Positions 62,532 through 64,000 of a DNA stretch of 64,000 nucleotides are shown piece after piece; positions within the stretch are counted from its first letter, which is position 1; each line of letters begins with the position of its first letter. A program made the translations under genes and the position numbers. Source of the DNA: Rhizodiscina lignyota (lineage: Eukaryota); NCBI GenBank assembly GCA_010015805.1, contig ML978122.1, forward strand, positions 1,212,453 to 1,276,452. Reading direction: 5' to 3'. The notes beneath the pieces were generated by a model. It was given only the letters and a program-made list of their open reading frames with translations. It did not search any database and had not been told where the DNA came from.

Positions 62532-64000
62532 ATGACCGTGAGTGAAGATTCCCTTTGTGACAACGTACCGTCACTGTATGTCACGTCATGAACGCTGCCC
62601 ACTGAGCTCCGTGGCAAGCTATAAAGCGCTTACCGCCCTCCAACGACCACCATCATTCTTGCAACTTGTACTAAGATACTACGTTTTGCGTTTAGGATCA
62701 GAAAATGCAAATCGACGACCCTGCTGCAGCTGCGGCGCAGCTAAAAAATGGCAATGCTGAGATCGACGAGGGCCTCTATAGCCGACAGCTCTATGTCCTT
62801 GGACATGAGGCCATGAAGCGTATGGGCTCTTCGAATATCCTCGTTGTCGGCCTTCGCGGCCTAGGTGTCGAAATCGCAAAGAACATCGCCCTGGCTGGGG
62901 TCAAGTCCCTCACCCTCTTCGACCCCACGCCTGCAGCGATTTCGGACCTTTCTTCACAGTTCTTCCTACACCCTGAAGATGTTGGTAAACCTCGAGCTAG
63001 CGTCACTGTACCTCGAGTATCCGAACTGAACCCATACACGCCCGTTATCGAGTATGCCGCTACCGACCTGTTGACCGACCTCTCTCACCTCAAGCAATTC
63101 CAAGTAGTCGTTCTTACAGACACCCCGCTCAAGACGCAAGTGGCTATCGCGGACTACTGTCACAATAACGGCATATACGTTGTAATCGCGGATACATTTG
63201 GTCTGTTTGGCTGCATCTTCACGGATTTCGGGAAGAACTTCACTGTCGGCGATCCGACTGGGGAGAACCCCAATACTGGTATCGTTGCAGGCATAGACAC
63301 AGATGGCCTGGTATCTGCGCTTGATGAGACACGCCACGGGCTGGAGGATGGTGATTATGTCACTTTCTCCGAAGTTGAGGGCATGGAGGCTCTCAACGAT
63401 GGCACGCCCCGCAAGATCACGGTCAAGGGACCGTATACTTTCAGCATCGGTGATGTGTCTGGGCTCGGCACATATAAGCGTGGTGGTCTGTACACGCAGG
63501 TTAAGATGCCGAAGATCCTCGACTTCGAGCCTCTTAGCCAGCAGCTTAAGAATCCGACAACCCTGGTGTCCGATTTTGCCAAATTCGATCGACCGCAACA
63601 GTTGCATGTTGGTTTCCAGGCCCTGCACATTTTTGCTGAGCAAATTGGTGCCTTCCCGCGACCGCACAATGACGAAGATGCCGCTGCAGTATTTAAGATT
63701 GCACAAGGCTTAGCAGGCGAGGGCGACGAGAAGGTCGAGCTTGACGAGAAGGTTATTCGCGAACTCAGCTATCAAGCTCGTGGCGATTTGAGTCCGATGG
63801 CTGCATTCTTCGGTGGCTTGGCAGCGCAAGAGGTGTTGAAGTCCGTTTCTGGAAAGTTCCACCCAATCGTACAGTGGCTCTACTTTGACTCCCTTGAGTC
63901 GTTGCCTACATCGATAAGCCGAACAGAAGCGCTTTGTCAGCCACTGAATACGCGATACGACGGCCAAATCGTAGTCTTTGGCAAGGAGTACCAGGACAAG
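62532..64000 (+). CDS. UBA1: Ubiquitin-activating enzyme E1 (5' part, runs off the window); intron 62538-62695
   Basis: MT|DQKMQID..EIDEGLYSRQLYVLGHEAMKRM..VGLRGLGVEIAKNIALAGVKS..DLSSQFFL..AQEVLKSVSGKFHP. Confidence 0.96.

Noticed and set aside
62966..63706. 246-aa minus-strand ORF
   Set aside because: Antisense shadow of UBA1 caused by codon bias
1..64000. tRNA, 5S/rRNA genes, CRISPR arrays, transposase/RT or Starship captain ORFs
   Set aside because: No cloverleaf with A/B boxes, rRNA motif, spacer-repeat array or DDE/RT/tyrosine-recombinase motif found by eye

Overview
Gene-dense, intron-containing nuclear DNA from a filamentous ascomycete (Pezizomycotina; short GT-AG introns with CTRAY branch sites). 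About 29 protein-coding genes can be reconstructed by hand. Recognisable housekeeping genes are ARP2, BNA4/KMO, MAP1, ERV14, FAT1, PNG1, an OSH4/KES1-like OSBP and the 5' part of UBA1. Accessory genes include a LaeA-like methyltransferase, an ABM-barrel protein, a C2HC+Zn2Cys6 regulator, a NACHT-ankyrin NLR, an FAD monooxygenase, a PLAC8 protein and a SOD-fold protein. No tRNA, rRNA or CRISPR was seen. Most interesting observations: (1) an in-frame CUG upstream of UBA1 that would add a bipartite-NLS-like N-terminal extension, beside an overlapping uORF and a possible intronic promoter; (2) a 316-nt, apparently structured intron in an alpha/beta-hydrolase gene that may host an ncRNA; (3) a ~520-bp TGT...ACA element with 20-21 bp terminal inverted repeats and no TSD that cuts an ankyrin gene exactly at its boundary; (4) two probable pseudoenzymes (PNG1 Cys->Val, ligand-depleted SOD fold); (5) three GC-AG introns. 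All splice models and family calls are manual inferences without database searches.
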